Below are positions 51,201 through 64,000 of a stretch of DNA of 64,000 nt, piece after piece. This DNA is from Diadema antillarum (Eukaryota): positions 62,001 through 126,000 of the forward strand of contig NW_027271309.1 in the NCBI RefSeq assembly GCF_040938485.1. The letters are read 5' to 3'. The notes under the pieces are model-generated. The model searched no databases. It saw nothing but the letters and a program-made list of their open reading frames with translations, and was not told the DNA's origin. Numbering within the stretch: the stretch's first letter is position 1; each line of letters begins with the position of its first letter. Both the position numbers and the translations under genes were made by a program.

Positions 51201-54200
51201 ACTGTGAAGCTTATACTAGTGTTCTCATTCCAAGGTGTGAAATTGGTACTATGTGTAGATGTGTTGTGCTAACTCAATCACTAACTTATTCTCACTTCCT
51301 TGATGTGCTTGTATCAGATGATAGTTGAACCGTCGGCTGAGAAACTTCTACCAGACCCTCTGACGGAACCGTACTACCAGCCTCCCTACACTCTGGTCCT
51401 TGAGATGAAGGATGTCTTGGTCCATCCAGAGTGGACAGTGAGTGTTTCAGTTCTTTTCTTGACATCTTAGAACCTTTGAGTAGTATGACCCACTAGAGTT
51501 GATCACTCATTCTGATTAAAGGGATCATATAGTTTTGGTTGAAACCTAATTTCAGATTTCTAACATTTTTTTTTTTTTTTTTTGGGTGAGATAATGAGAA
51601 ACCTCTTATGAAATAAATGAAAGAGCATGTAATTTTATGAGGAATTCAACATTTATTTGCTGAAAATTGGTTTTGAAATGGCTGAGATATCCAAAATAAG
51701 AGCGATTCTAATAAAGTGTGGGACCCACACTTTATTACGATCGCTTTGTTTTACTTTGTTTTTGGATGTTTCACTCATTCCAAACCCGATTTTCATCAAA
51801 TAAACTTTGAATTCCTCTTAAAATGGTATGCTCTGTACTATATCATAAGTGTTTTCTTGGTATCTAGCAAAAAGTTAAAAGCCCAATTCTCATCTCCACC
51901 AATACCTTACCATCCCTTTAACCCTTTGTGTGTCAATGAGACAAATGTCCACAAGTTTCACACAAATACCTATGTGCAAGAAATTAATGCAGCACACCGA
52001 GGATTAATTAGAATCGTCCTTTTGTTCCTTGATATTCAGTGGTGGGGTTTTATTCTTATGGCTTCAGCCAGAGGTTATTATATTTGCCATCACCCATGTG
52101 CCTATTTCACCCAGTTTGAACTAGGACAAAGAGTCCCAGTTCTATTTCACTGTTAACATTCATTTGGATATTCAAGCCGCAATGAACTGAGACTGCACAA
52201 AAAATCATGATTAATGTATTACTCAATACAAAATTTTGTGTTAGGTGATTAAAACTTTATTCTGTCTCTTCTGAATATATGTGAAAAACATTTATTTCCC
52301 GGGAAGAAACTAAGCCCACCAACATTATTCTGTTTATTTGTTTTCACTTTGATTTTCTAACATTCCATAATACGGTTGTTGTGCTTTTGACATGCCTTGT
52401 AGTAGTTTCTTGTAAATAGAGATTAAGCTTGTTTATCATAATCTGTGATGTATTTCTCAAATTTTCTCTGCAGTACGCCAATGGCTGGCGATTCAAGAAA
52501 CGCCCGGGTGTAGAATACTTCCTACAGCAAGTTGGGCCACCACTTTTTGAAATCGTTATTTACACCTCAGAGCAAGGATTTGTGAGTTTTCATTTTCACT
52601 ATACCTTTCTGTTCTTTTGCAAGCAAGAAATTGGGTCTGATGTAGTGAGCACATATATAAAGTGTATGTCTGTGCAAGGCAAATTCACCATCAGTGTGTA
52701 GGAGTGGTTGGAATATGCAGAAAAGAACTGTGAACATTGAAATGAGTTGTCCACATTGAAGCTACCGACTTCAAACTTAAAAAAATTGTTCGTGAATGCA
52801 TGATTTGTAATCTTTCCGGGCAGGAAGTTTAAAGGGGCAACAGCATCTTTGATGTAAATCATGTTTTGTTTTTATGTCACATCGAACTTTCAGGACAAGG
52901 ACTAATCAGAAGAGTTTTTTAGATCAACATTGCAAAATTTTGATTTCATATATGAAAGCAACCCTTTGATGACATAGAGGTGATTCCATGTCTCCCATAA
53001 GAACAAAGTCCTGGGACCTGCAGTTTTCTTTCATTTCAAAATTTTGTAATAACAGAACAAATAAAGTATGTAAAAGATAAATAATAGTTTGGGGGACCTG
53101 AATTTTACTTTGTTGTAATGAAATTTTGCTCTAACTCGTTTCGTTTTAACGGAAGTGAACTAAGATATTTTATATGATGTACTTATTTATAAATCCATTT
53201 GCTTTATGTACATGTAGAATGCAAAATGATAGTTACGAACTGCATTATTTCCCAGTGCAGTTGTTTGAATGCATGTACATTGGGACTGAGTTTGTTTAAT
53301 CTAATATGTAGAATGCTGAAGTTATTACCACAAAGAAACATTGTTGTAGCTGGTAGAGCTACACTATCCACAATGGATACTATAGTGTAGCGCTACCATT
53401 TGCTTTCCAGTGATCAAAAACATTTTTTCAAGTATCTCTGTGAGAAAAGCCTGATGTGAAATCATGTATGGTTTGATGGTCTTGCTTTTGATACTTGAAG
53501 AGGTGAGAGGTTCATGTCTTCTTTCACCTGTACCTGCTGTGCTTTCTGTATTGCTGTGAGGCATACATATAAGCCCTGAATCAATTTCCACCTTCGGTGA
53601 TGTCACCCAGTGAATTTCAGCTGCCGAATAAACATCTTTATTGGGGCTCACTTTAAAGGGGTCTAGGGCAATTACCCCCTGGGCAATTACCCCGCACCCT
53701 TCCCCTGGCCCTAATCCTAATCCTAATCCTGAACCTAATCCTATCCCTAACACAAACTCCTAACCCTAACCCTAACCCTAACCCTAATCGTTACTCTAAG
53801 CTTACCACTAACCAGTATTTAGCCGGGGGGTAATTGCCCTCTCGGGGTAATTGCCCGGATACGCTTTAAAGAGATAGTATAGTATTGGTTGAGGTGAGGA
53901 AAAGCTTTTAACGTTTTGCAAGATGTTTAGAAACCACTTTATAAAATGTTAAAGAGCATACAATTATAAGAGGAACTGAAAGTTTATTTGATGAAAATCA
54001 GTTTTGAAATGACTGAGATATTCAAAAACATGGTAAAACAAAGAGATTCTGATAAAAGTTGTGGCTTTTTGCGTTTTATTAGGATCGCATTTTTATATAT
54101 CTCAGCCATTTCAAGACCAATTTTCATCAAACAAACTGTGAATTCTTCTAAGCATTACATGTTCTTTCATATTCAGTGAGAGGTTTCTCATTATCTCACA

Positions 54201-57200
54201 AACCCACACTCAAAGTTGGAAACCTGCAGCCTCATCTAAACCAAAACTGTACCATCCCTTTAAATGTCGAAAGAGAGAGAAAGAGAACGATACTACATGT
54301 AGCTGACATTTGAGTCTTGTGTCCTCTTTTCTCAGACTGCCTTCCCTCTGCTTGATAGTCTTGACCCCAAGGGATACATCATGTACAGACTTTTCAGGGA
54401 TGCCACCAAGTACGTCAATGGACACCATGTCAAGGTCAGCTGAAATGGACCGAAGCCACTCTGTTCGTTTAGAGCCAAAACATAGTTCTCATATGCCTGC
54501 AAAACTGTCAATTTTGCTCTAGAATGTATACCTGTGCATTAAGAAATGTGTCGAATAACGCTGTAGTAACAAGATTTCAGTTAGGTAGTGGCAAAAATGC
54601 AAAATATTAGCCAAAAAGGCTCGCCTGAAGTACAACAGTCTCAGAGCATACCAAGTCATGGTTGCTACTTATTTTCTTTTAATCGATTATTGATAATTGA
54701 CTCATCAGCCCACAGCAGTGTCCACCGATCTTCTGCGCTGGCCAGAGTGAATTGTGTGAATTGCTTGTATTGCTTGTTTGAAATTGTGATTGCTAAGGCA
54801 CTACTGAACATCATGTGACATGCTCCTACCCACGGGTACTACTGAATGGGGAGGGCATTTCAGGTATAAAAGCCATATGCATATGATCAAAATTATTCCA
54901 CAATTTTGATCTCAAAATACTGCAAGACAGCCCATTATCCTAGCAAACACCGTCAGCCAGACAAGTTTTGTGGTAGACCCTTTTGATGTATACCAAGTAA
55001 ATTTGGTGGGAGTTGAAATTTAAGCCCTGCAGAGAACTATGTTTTGGCTTTGATATGGTTTTAGATGTCTATTAGGAAGAAAGGGATGTCATTTGGGAAT
55101 TGAAAGTGATAATTTGTGTATCATGATGCATAGATATGATGAAAGAGTTCCTCATATTCCTAAATTGTAATTTGTTATACCCCAAGATGAGCACATTCTA
55201 TGCAATTTCTAACCACACAGTAAAATGAATACTTGTAGTACAGGTGAGTCTTGGCTGGCTGAACAAAATCATTGTAACTGTAGTGCAATTTTTCATTGGG
55301 CAGGGGTTGTTTACGAGAAAAATGAACTCTGCTGGTATCTTGTTTGTGACGAGGTAAAGGTCTTTACTCACAGCCATACAACACACAAGCATCCTAGAAG
55401 AGCATATGGTAGAGTACTATGTTAGCAATGCAGCCACAGAACAGGCAATGTATGGCTTTATGAAGTAATTCTGTTTGTGTCCATGTGCCGTACCGCCAAT
55501 TACTTGGCACAGGAGAACATGCATACCTTGAAGTTGGCACTGACTCTTGGAATAATCATACAAACAAATGATGCCATTTGACTGCATGTTTAAAAGTGTT
55601 ACTTGTATATGTGCTGTTCTATGCAAAATTATTCAGGGTTTCCTCAAAACTAATTCCCAAAGAAGCTCTAGGTTATAGTGTGCATGTAAAATCTTCAGTT
55701 GTTAAACTGTTTTTCAGTGCTAAGGTACAATTTTATCTTATAAACATGATTCAACCAGCATGCTAATTGTTGGTATAAATGTAATTAATCTCACTAAATT
55801 TGTACTGTAAGACAGTGATAGTATATTTCCATTAAAACAGTCACTACCATTGGGTAGCTGCACATTACGCTGCTTCAAAGGCAATGTGAATAGTTTCCAT
55901 CACATAAGCATTATCCTTTTCAGTTTTATACTCGTACTTGCTGTTTTAATGTTTGCAATGTGTTTGTGCTGTACTGGGCCCCGTTTCACAAAGCTGTTAG
56001 TAAAGTTACGAACAACTTACGAACGACTGGTGATCAGTTCTGATGTGCTACACTTATCAGAATTTCAGTAATTCAGCTTAAGAACTGATCACCAGTTGTT
56101 CGTAACTTTACGAACAGCTTTATGAAACACCCCCCTGGTCCTCTAACTTTTAGGGAAGCCTGATGTGAGATGGCTGTGTCCATACATTGTTCCTAAACTG
56201 CACAGGAACAGCCCTGGAAATTGCAGCAAAAATAATGGCATAGTGCCTTCACATGGTTGATTCACACATCTGCCTCATTCACTTACCTTTTCTAGTTTCT
56301 GTAGGTATCTTAACAAGAACATAAAAATTTTTATTCATTTTAACCCGTTGAGGACGAGTTCCGAGTATACTCGGGCAAGTGTCTATGGGAAATGCGTGTT
56401 GTAGCAAAATCAGCCCATCTTCAACAGGTTATTGTGATTGAATTGTTGCATGTTAAGCAAATGTTATGGCCATTACTTTAGGCCATTTGTATTTTACTTG
56501 TGAAATTACTTTTTTTTTTCATTATATATTTCATGTTTTTAGGATCTATCTAGCCTCAACCGTGATCTGTCCAAAGTAATCATCGTTGACTGCAATGCCA
56601 AGTCTTACCAGCTGCAGCCCAAGAATGCCGTGGGCCTCAAGAAGTGGGAGGGGAATGACGATGACAGGACCCTCTTTGAATTGGCAGCCTTCCTCAGAAG
56701 TGAGTCTCCTTGTTACATGTCCTACCACATTATGGCTGATTAGTAGCATTGCCATGGAATCATTACTTTTCCAAAAGCCTTTGCCATGCAATCAGATGTA
56801 TAGAAAGTTTCCGTCTGTTAATTTCTCTCCGCTGGATAGTGTGGAGCATTTATTTTAGAATGCATGTTTTGGGTCCGAACATGGAATTCAGATGACATGA
56901 ATTTTAGAAGCGGATATGTGACGGTAGCCCAATCCCTCACTGTATTTTTGTCTTCATGAAGGAAATGGCTTTGAAGATACCTTTTCTTGGTAATTTCCTT
57001 CTCTAATTCCGTGACAGTTTATGTTATCGCGAACATTGAATTGGTTAGTGGCTGCACCAGATCTAGCAGTCTGAGCAGAAAATTTGATTGTTTTTTCCCC
57101 AAGCTGTATAAATTTTGATAAGGTTTGAAGTGATGAGGCAAAGAAAAAGCAAGGCAAAGAGGATATTCTAGATAAAGCAAACTAGGATTTGTTAACCATG

Positions 57201-59239
57201 CTTTCTTCACATTTTAGGTCTTGTAATGATTGCATGTCAGTGTAATTATGTAAATTACTGTGAAGTGTTTCGAGATACGTGTGGATTATCAATGCTTGAT
57301 GACAAATATTTACCTGAAAGTGAATATCATATGAAAGTCATGAAACCATAGAATATAGTGCTTGTTTGTAAGATTGGATATTGCATAATGTTTTCAGTCA
57401 TTTTGTAGGTTATCAGCTGCAGCTGTAGTCACCAGCATCTTTGCAACAAACAGATTAGGAGCGTAGGATTATAATATCTAGTGCTTTACAGCAGTGTGCA
57501 GGCATTATGACAGTGCTTTGTAAAATGATGATTGTCAAGACATAATGATTACTAGCCTAATTCATCTCATCTGAATTCCATGTTCAGGTCAAAGATAAAA
57601 TGCGTACACTTGTACAAATCAGAATATCACCAGCATCATTCAGAAGATTTTGGAGTAGCATTGCTTTCTAGCATGTTTTGCCCATCAATTAAACAGTGAT
57701 GCTTTGTCCTGCATTCTTACCTTCCAACCAGCTATTGCCGTGAGCAACGTGGATGATGTGAGGACGGTTTTGGAGTTCTACCAACAGTACGACGACCCCA
57801 TGGAAGCCTTCAGACTCAATCAGGCCAGGTTACAGGTGAAAACTGAGGAGCATTTCATCAAGTGTTTTGTCAGTAATTTTCACTGACAGATTTTTCTCTC
57901 AGCCAATCAGATGCAAGGATTTCGGTAGCTTAAAACACTTGTCAGTCATTAAAGGGTGTGTACAGTTCTGGTCGAGGTGTAGATTTAGCTTTTAACATTT
58001 TGCAAGATATTCAGAAACCACTCTATGAGATGTCAAAGAGCATGCAGTTCTAAGGGGTATCAAAAGTTTATTCGATGAAAATCGGTTTTGAAATGGCTGA
58101 GATATCCAAAAACAAGGTGAAACAAAGAGATCCTAATAAAGTTGGGGCATGTCGCCTTTTATTATTAGCACTTTTTTGGATATCTCAGCCATTTGAAAAC
58201 CAATTTTCATCAAATAAACGTTGAATCCTTCTTAAAATTACATGCTCTTTCATATTTCATAAGAGGCTTTTCATTATCTCACTTAGGAATGTTCAAAACG
58301 TGAATCCCTACCTCAACCAGTACTGTACAGTCCCTTTAACTGACAAGTTTCATGAAATGCTGTCCTGAACCAACTTGGATGTCCAAAGCCAATTACCCTG
58401 TTCCTAAAGCTCTCTCTACTCAGCTGGGTGACACTATGCACTCAGAAGAGCTTAAAAAGATGGAAGCATTCTGTCCAGTGTTCTGTAATCTAATACCAGC
58501 CACTCATTCGTAAAAACAGTTGAACAACATTTGTTGCTTGGCAACACTTACATAATATATGAATTCTTTTTAGGGGGTGGTATTCCAACAACAACACTGA
58601 TGATAAAATCTAGTAATCTTTTGGTTGTTTACGGAAGATTTTTGTGGATATCAGATCATGAAGGCTTGTAATTTCTTGAACATTTCTTCAGCCTGACTGA
58701 GGGAGGAAAAGAAACTTACTCTTGGCCATTAGGTTTGTGTTTCATTCCCAGTTAGCAATTATACAGCCGGCTGCTCTCCCCCAAACATAATACACTGACA
58801 GCCGTGTTGGAATGGTGTCAGAAGAAGAGCTCTGAATGTGCAATTCATCGCTGTTTGGAGGGACGAGAGGGAACTTCTAGAAGAAAGTGGACATTGCTTG
58901 CCTTTGAAATTTAGTTATCGCAACCATAGATAAGTACTAATAACTTGAAAAGAAAAAATGGTGGCTGCAAATTGATCCTTTCTCAGTTGTTACAGTGTAT
59001 GTGTCATGCTGCACTTGGTAGATTTCTACTCATGCTTCCTCTTATACAGTTTGTGAATGTTGCATGAAATATCAACTACTCAGCTCTTAGTTCTAAGCTA
59101 TGTCATTCAGTGAAATTCTGGGCAATTTTCTCTGCAGAAAGAACAGGAGGAGGAGTTACAAAGACAGGCCGCAGCCAAGGAGAAGAAGGGATCCTCCCTC
59201 GTCGGAAACTGGTCCCGCGGAATGATGGGAAGGAGATGA
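48211..59239 (+). CDS. TIMM50: Mitochondrial import inner membrane translocase subunit Tim50 (400 aa)
   Basis: GT-AG exons 48211-48610, 50408-50439, 50579-50659, 51318-51437, 52474-52581, 54336-54434, 56543-56699, 57732-57835, 59138-59239 (1203 nt). Arg/Ser-rich presequence, TM segment, [64 protein letters not shown]. Confidence 0.96.
49803..49895. mobile_element. About 90-bp piggyBac-like MITE, copy in TIMM50 intron 1
   Basis: TTAACCCGTTGAGGACGAG ... TAAACGGGTTAA. Confidence 0.8.
51516..51921. mobile_element. TTAA-flanked palindromic MITE (Kolobok-like), copy 1 of 3 in TIMM50 introns
   Basis: TTAAAGGGATCATATAGTTTTGG ... CCATCCCTTTAA, with inverted arms around a central hairpin (TAATAAAGTGTGGGACCCACACTTTATTA). 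Confidence 0.75.
53657..53865. mobile_element. Palindromic MITE with telomere-like (CCCTAA)n core
   Basis: Two GGGCAATTACCCC units on the left and two inverted GGGGTAATTGCCC units on the right enclose (CCTAAT)n/(CCCTAA)n repeats at about 53710-53790. Confidence 0.7.
53866..54263. mobile_element. TTAA-flanked palindromic MITE (Kolobok-like), copy 2
   Basis: TTAAAGAGATAGTATAGTATTGG ... CCAAAACTGTACCATCCCTTTAA; shared core GAAAATCAGTTTTGAAATGACTGAGATAT. Confidence 0.75.
55977..56134. mobile_element. Harbinger/PIF-like MITE (CTG 3-bp TSD)
   Basis: CTG|GGCCCCGTTTCACAAAGCTGTT ... AACAGCTTTATGAAACACCCC|CTG; long inverted arms; inverted copy at 63113-63283. Confidence 0.75.
56340..56432. mobile_element. 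About 90-bp piggyBac-like MITE, copy in TIMM50 intron 6
   Basis: Nearly identical core to 49803-49895. Confidence 0.8.
57949..58339. mobile_element. TTAA-flanked palindromic MITE (Kolobok-like), copy 3
   Basis: TTAAAGGGTGTGTACAGTTCTGG ... CCAGTACTGTACAGTCCCTTTAA. Confidence 0.8.
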
Positions 59240-61294
59240 AACACACCCTACCTACAGCTCAGAGGTTGGAGGTCGGAGGTCAGAGCTCCGGGAGGAGACT
59301 CTGGTACAATTTCTTGTTTCTCGGTCAGACGCTTTGAAGGCCATCACCTCGTTCTTGAGGTCAAGAACCAAACTCACATGATGGACTTTCCTGGTTCTCC
59401 CTTCAAAATGGTGGACGTGAGCTAATCTCTCTATCAGCATTGGATTATTCAGTTCTTCCTGGTATCAGGTTCTATTATACCCTCTCTGCTCTTATCGTAT
59501 GTGTCCAAATATTTTTATTAGCTCTTGTTTATGAATTATACCCACAGTAGTATTTCCCTTGGTTTAGAGAGAACTGTAATTCCAAGATTGATATCAAATT
59601 CTTATCAAATTTTAGCCGCCTGCAAGAGCACATATCAAACAGACTGTGATCTGAGAGATATATAAGTGTGGACTTCAAGTCATACTTTTTTATTTCTGCG
59701 AGGTGATGTTGAAAAGAAATGGCAGATGAAATGTAAAATGAGTTTACTCCTGTATTACAGAATGTTCAATGAAATGATGTAATAGAATGTAACATTGTCA
59801 CACTGTATGCACGCCACATGCATATTTCCATCGCAAAGATTACCCTCACAACCCAAAAGCTTTTCAAAGGCCTGCCCAGTCTAGAATTGATGAATGAGTT
59901 CCTTATACGTCCTGATATATTTATGTGAGAGTCACCTGGCATATTACCCAAGATTTCGTCCGCAAGATCTTCAAATGCACCTGGATGAAATGTGCAAAGC
60001 TTGAAAGGGGCAATAGATTGTTCCCTTTAGGCAGGATGTTGAAGGGGAAGCAGTATTTGGAGTGGAGAGATGGGGTGGACTGGATGTACCTCTTTGGCGC
60101 AGATATCAGATATTCTGGCCTGTTGTTCCATGCATGCAAATGTAGGATAACTTTAAGATTTGGGAAAGACTTTGCAACTCAAAAGTAGTCTCACTATTGC
60201 AGGTTCGCTTCAATGCTTTTTTTCAATACTTCTGAGAGAGCAGGTGAAGTCTTGGGCCTTATGTGAGAGCAATCTACATTTGTATGAGTTAAGCAGTTAT
60301 TTGTTGAAAGACACCGTGCAAGGCTATATGATTGAAGAGGCAGGCTGTACTTCATTCAAAACAATGGAGAGAAATATGCCTTTGTGAAATTGCCATCACC
60401 AGCACTTGACATTCTAAAAACATCCTTCAAACCTGCACAGTGACCCTGCGCTTGTTTGCATCAGCACTTGTAAACTGTAGCCTGTGCCAGTTACCATGCC
60501 TTATTACTTTGTTCAGTTTTCCAGCTAATATTTGCAAGTGGCTAATATTTATTCCTGCAAGTGGCACCAGGTGACTAGTATTTCTCTTTGCTGAACTTCA
60601 TTACAATTCTACATGGCATTCTGTGTACTTTTGGTGCTGTCTTATCTGGGTTGCTACTCTCACTTCTCAGTGATGGAAAAGTGATGGGTATTCTAAGAAC
60701 ACCCAACATGTTTAATGCTTGTGACGAGACATGAAAAGTCAAGAGGTTGAGCAAAAAGAACACATTACCTCCTTCAACGTCTTGTCTTATATATCTTATC
60801 AAAGTCTTCTCATTAGTCCCATTCAGACACATAAAATTCTTGGTGTTTTGAGGCCAGTTTTGCAACATGATACACAAACCATTAATTTGAATAAGAAAAA
60901 AAAAAAATCATTAAGTATTTTGCTCCGCATTGCACTGCCAAGATCAGTCCTTATTTTTTTTTCCTTTTTTGAAACACTCGTAAAAACCTTTATAATAGAG
61001 CTGCACACTACGGTGTCAGGTGGGTCATTTCTTAGCAAGCAAACTTTGGACATTTAAAATGGTTCACTTTATATCCACATGAGTTTTTTGAAGGTGACAT
61101 GTAATACACAAGTTGTCTTCTGAAGGAAAGGCACTCAGCAGGAATGCATCACAGAGCTCTCTGCAAGAGTCATGTCAATTGAAACACTGCATCACGGTGG
61201 TATGAATGTGAGATGTCAGAAGTTGTGTTATGACACAAGTTGCGTCTATACACTGTGAGAATGTTTTTTGAAGGAGAGAATGTAATGCTGTAAT

Positions 61295-62180
61295 ATTATA
61301 CAAATATTGACTGCTCATGAGGATGATGGTGGAAATTATCATTCCCGAGGTGCTTTTCATACCGACCCTTCTATCACCCCGAGGCGTTAGCCGAGGGGTG
61401 ATGGAAGGGTCGGTATGAAAAGCACCGAGGGAGTGATAATTTCCTCCACCATCCGAATACAGACCAGTTAATATTTGTTTTATATACCTCATCGTTTAAG
61501 ACTTAACCAAGATCTAGGGCTAGACAAATGCGAAGTACATTCTAACTGTTGGGCCTATTAAAACGTTAGCCCTAAAATCAGGCCACAGCCTGCGCTTGCT
61601 TGCATGGTTTTCGTGCATTTCGTAGACTACCCAGTACGCACGGTACATTGTACTCACTCACACGGCCTTCGGCGAGCTCCTGCATAAAATCGTGGCAGAA
61701 GATTACAGTATACATCCAGTTTCCCGTCGCTCGGGTTTTAATTTGATATTTCCAACATGCTGAGATTTGTCTCTGCTTCGGGATCCTAAGAAATCGTAAT
61801 TGCAAAGTGTACGATCTTTGATCCAGCTCACTTCAAATCACGGAGGAGCGCTCGATCACCATGCCACGTTGAAACATGCTTGCTGTATGTGCGCTATGTG
61901 CGATGATTTTGCATGTGTTTATACGATGCGCGTAGTGAACGTCTTAGGGTGGAGGGGTTGCGGACACCGCGCGCGAAGTCTAGTGTACTTAAATGTGCAC
62001 AAAAGTCGCGGAGGGTTTACGAATTCTATCACGAGGGTTTTGCCTTTCTATCACGAGGGTTTTGCCTTTCTATCACTTACATGAAAGCCCTAAGGCAAGA
62101 TAGACGGGACTACACCTTGTCACGTGATATACTTTTGACCAATCAGTGATACGAATCTCACTTATGAGGTATATAACACC
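61295..62180. mobile_element. Probable non-autonomous DNA element: long hairpin (61295-61490) plus a segment bounded by TTATATACCTCAT inverted repeats (about 61480-62177)
   Basis: Near-perfect stem GGTGCTTTTCATACCGACCCTTCTATCACCCC / GGGGTGATGGAAGGGTCGGTATGAAAAGCACC; TTATATACCTCAT ... ATGAGGTATATAA; 22-bp tandem duplication near 62025-62075. Confidence 0.55.
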
Positions 62181-62247
62181 GTCTATCTTTTTTGTTTAAA
62201 TCTCGGGTTGACATTCATGCTTTGGTGCCTTTGTGTCTTCCTTCCTA

Positions 62248-62340
62248 TTAACCCATTGAGGACAGGCTGATATTGCTACAACATGCATTTCCCATTGACA
62301 CCTGCCCGAGTATACTTGGGACTCATCTTCAATGGGTTAA
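62248..62340. mobile_element. About 90-bp piggyBac-like MITE, inverted copy
   Basis: TTAACCCATTGAGGACAGGCTGATATTGCTACAACATGCATTTCCC ... CAATGGGTTAA. Confidence 0.8.
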
Positions 62341-63112
62341 GTAACAGTGTACATAAAGACCCGGTAGCTTGTGGATGCCATGGAGTGGGAAGGCATGCCC
62401 GGCTCGAATATATTCGAGAATCCCCGGACCGAATTGTGTACAGCTTTATCACTGATCTCTATGTAACTACACACAGAGAAGAACCTCAACTTGAGCCAAC
62501 CGCTACCAATGAGTATACGCTTTCATGCACATATTCGCTGACCGGATCAATTCATGGTTTTAAAATCTACCCTGGTGGGCAGCGAATGAATCAAGCCACC
62601 CAAGATTCATGCTACTGTGTCTTTTAAACGCTGCCATGTTGCACTAAATGCAGAGTTTTTGTGTAGAATGAGTGAAAGTGGAATGACCCCTCGTCTGTAC
62701 TCTTGATGGTGTCTTTGCCAAACAATCCCACAATGTTGTACAACTTGGTTGAAATGGAAGTGGCGGTGGTTGTTTTTGTTTTTGTTTTTGTTTTTAATCT
62801 GCTAGACTATCGTGGGAATTAACAGAGTAGTCTCCAAAGCTGTTCAGGCTTACTCTTGTGAGCATGTGGATCTTATGTGGACATAGACCAGGTTCATTTC
62901 CCATGAACAGTGATCAGACATATAATGTTTTATACAGTCCCCTTATTTCTGGCTTTTGTAACAGAAAAAATAATAAACAATGAGGATACATGCTGTTGCA
63001 CTGGCACCCATTGATAGGGGTCATTTTAACTCACACCTACCAGTACTAAGTATTGAGTTTTTACTCCCATTTTCCACTAATGAATTTGTAAGATGTGCTG
63101 ACACAGCATCTG

Positions 63113-63283
63113 GGGGGTGTTTCATAAAGCTGTTCGTAAAGTTACGAATAACATACGAGCGACTGGTGATCAGTTCTTTTGCTGAATTATGGAAATTCTG
63201 ATACGTATAGCACATCAGAACTGATCACCAGTCGCTCGTAAGTTGTTTGTAACTTTACGAACAGCTTTGTGTAATGAGAGTGG
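63113..63283. mobile_element. Harbinger/PIF-like MITE, second copy
   Basis: GGGGGTGTTTCATAAAGCTGTTCGTAAAGTTACG ... CGTAAGTTGTTTGTAACTTTACGAACAGCTT; reverse complement of 55977-56134. Confidence 0.72.
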
Positions 63284-64000
63284 CAGTGGTTTCCTCATGT
63301 AGAGCATCATGCATTTCAGCTCTGTGCCATTCACAGCCACTACATTTCTCAGACTTTCAAAGAAATAACAACAACAACAAAATATGCTGATAGGTACAAA
63401 AATGCACAAAGAGATAGACATTTGTAGACGTAAAAAGAGCTTTGGCAATATGTGGTATATGAGGTATGAGGAATATGTTTGTGGCACTACGTGAGAATCC
63501 TGATGGATACGCCAGTGAATATACAAGTGAATCTTGTAATGAGGTAGTTGAGACCATGCAAGTTTTCTTGTTATTCTACATATTGTTAAAACAGACACCA
63601 AATACACACACACATAAAGGACTACAGACTGCCGTGACTTCATGTGAGAAAGTCGTCTTTTCCTCATATCTATGTCAAATACAGAGTATTTTGAAAGGTA
63701 GATTTGTAAACATGCATTCATAAACTAATGGTGAAATCATCTTGACTGTTCAGTATGAATATTCAGTTTATTTGTGGGTCTGCGAGTATGGATGTCATAT
63801 CAGGGCGGGTGGGAAGGACTTTCCACTTTTTTCATGGACTTCTACCTTCCATATGGGAGTGGCAGCATTCGTTAAATCAGCCCAAGAATAAGTTGCACCC
63901 TTTCCTAATACCATGTGCATAGATTGGTATATAATACTTTAAAACATGATATATTCGCGGCATGAATTTTTCACGAATTGGAGCCGATGGCCTTTTTTGC

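Noticed and set aside
63215-63721. 168-aa minus-strand ORF
   Set aside because: Partly overlaps a Harbinger-like MITE, is composition-biased and lacks convincing splice sites or motifs.
63795-63906. Minus-strand TPIWKVEVHE peptide resembling the MOCS2B/MoaE PIWKKE motif
   Set aside because: Too short, the conserved second Lys is missing and the spacing differs. It could be a terminal exon of a gene outside the window, but this is unsupported.

Overview
Intron-rich, AT-rich animal genomic DNA. The gene and repeat content suggests an invertebrate deuterostome such as an echinoderm (inference). There is one assembly gap (N, 12715-12843). Genes reconstructed by hand from splice sites and reading frames: (1) the 3' end of a neurexin gene (+; LNS6, stalk, TM, C-terminal KEWYV); (2) two tandem TMEM35/NACHO-like (DoxX-type) genes with single-exon CDS (-); (3) MKKS/BBS6 chaperonin-like gene (-, 5 coding exons, ~659 aa); (4) two small single-TM ORFs on their own exons directly upstream of MKKS, resembling the human MKKS uORF microproteins uMKKS1 and uMKKS2 and in the same order; (5) TIMM50 (+, 9 exons, 400 aa), head-to-head with the MKKS unit. 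The rest is mostly non-autonomous DNA transposons (TTAA-, TA- and CWG-flanked MITEs), a tRNA-Gly-derived SINE, reiterated subunit arrays and microsatellites. The most interesting signal is an apparently ancient uMKKS1-uMKKS2-MKKS polycistronic unit whose two microproteins look paralogous to each other. The neurexin also has unusual features: a poly-Arg furin-like loop in LNS6 and two SG/Cys-loop motifs. All homology calls rest on reference sequences recalled from memory; no database search was run.
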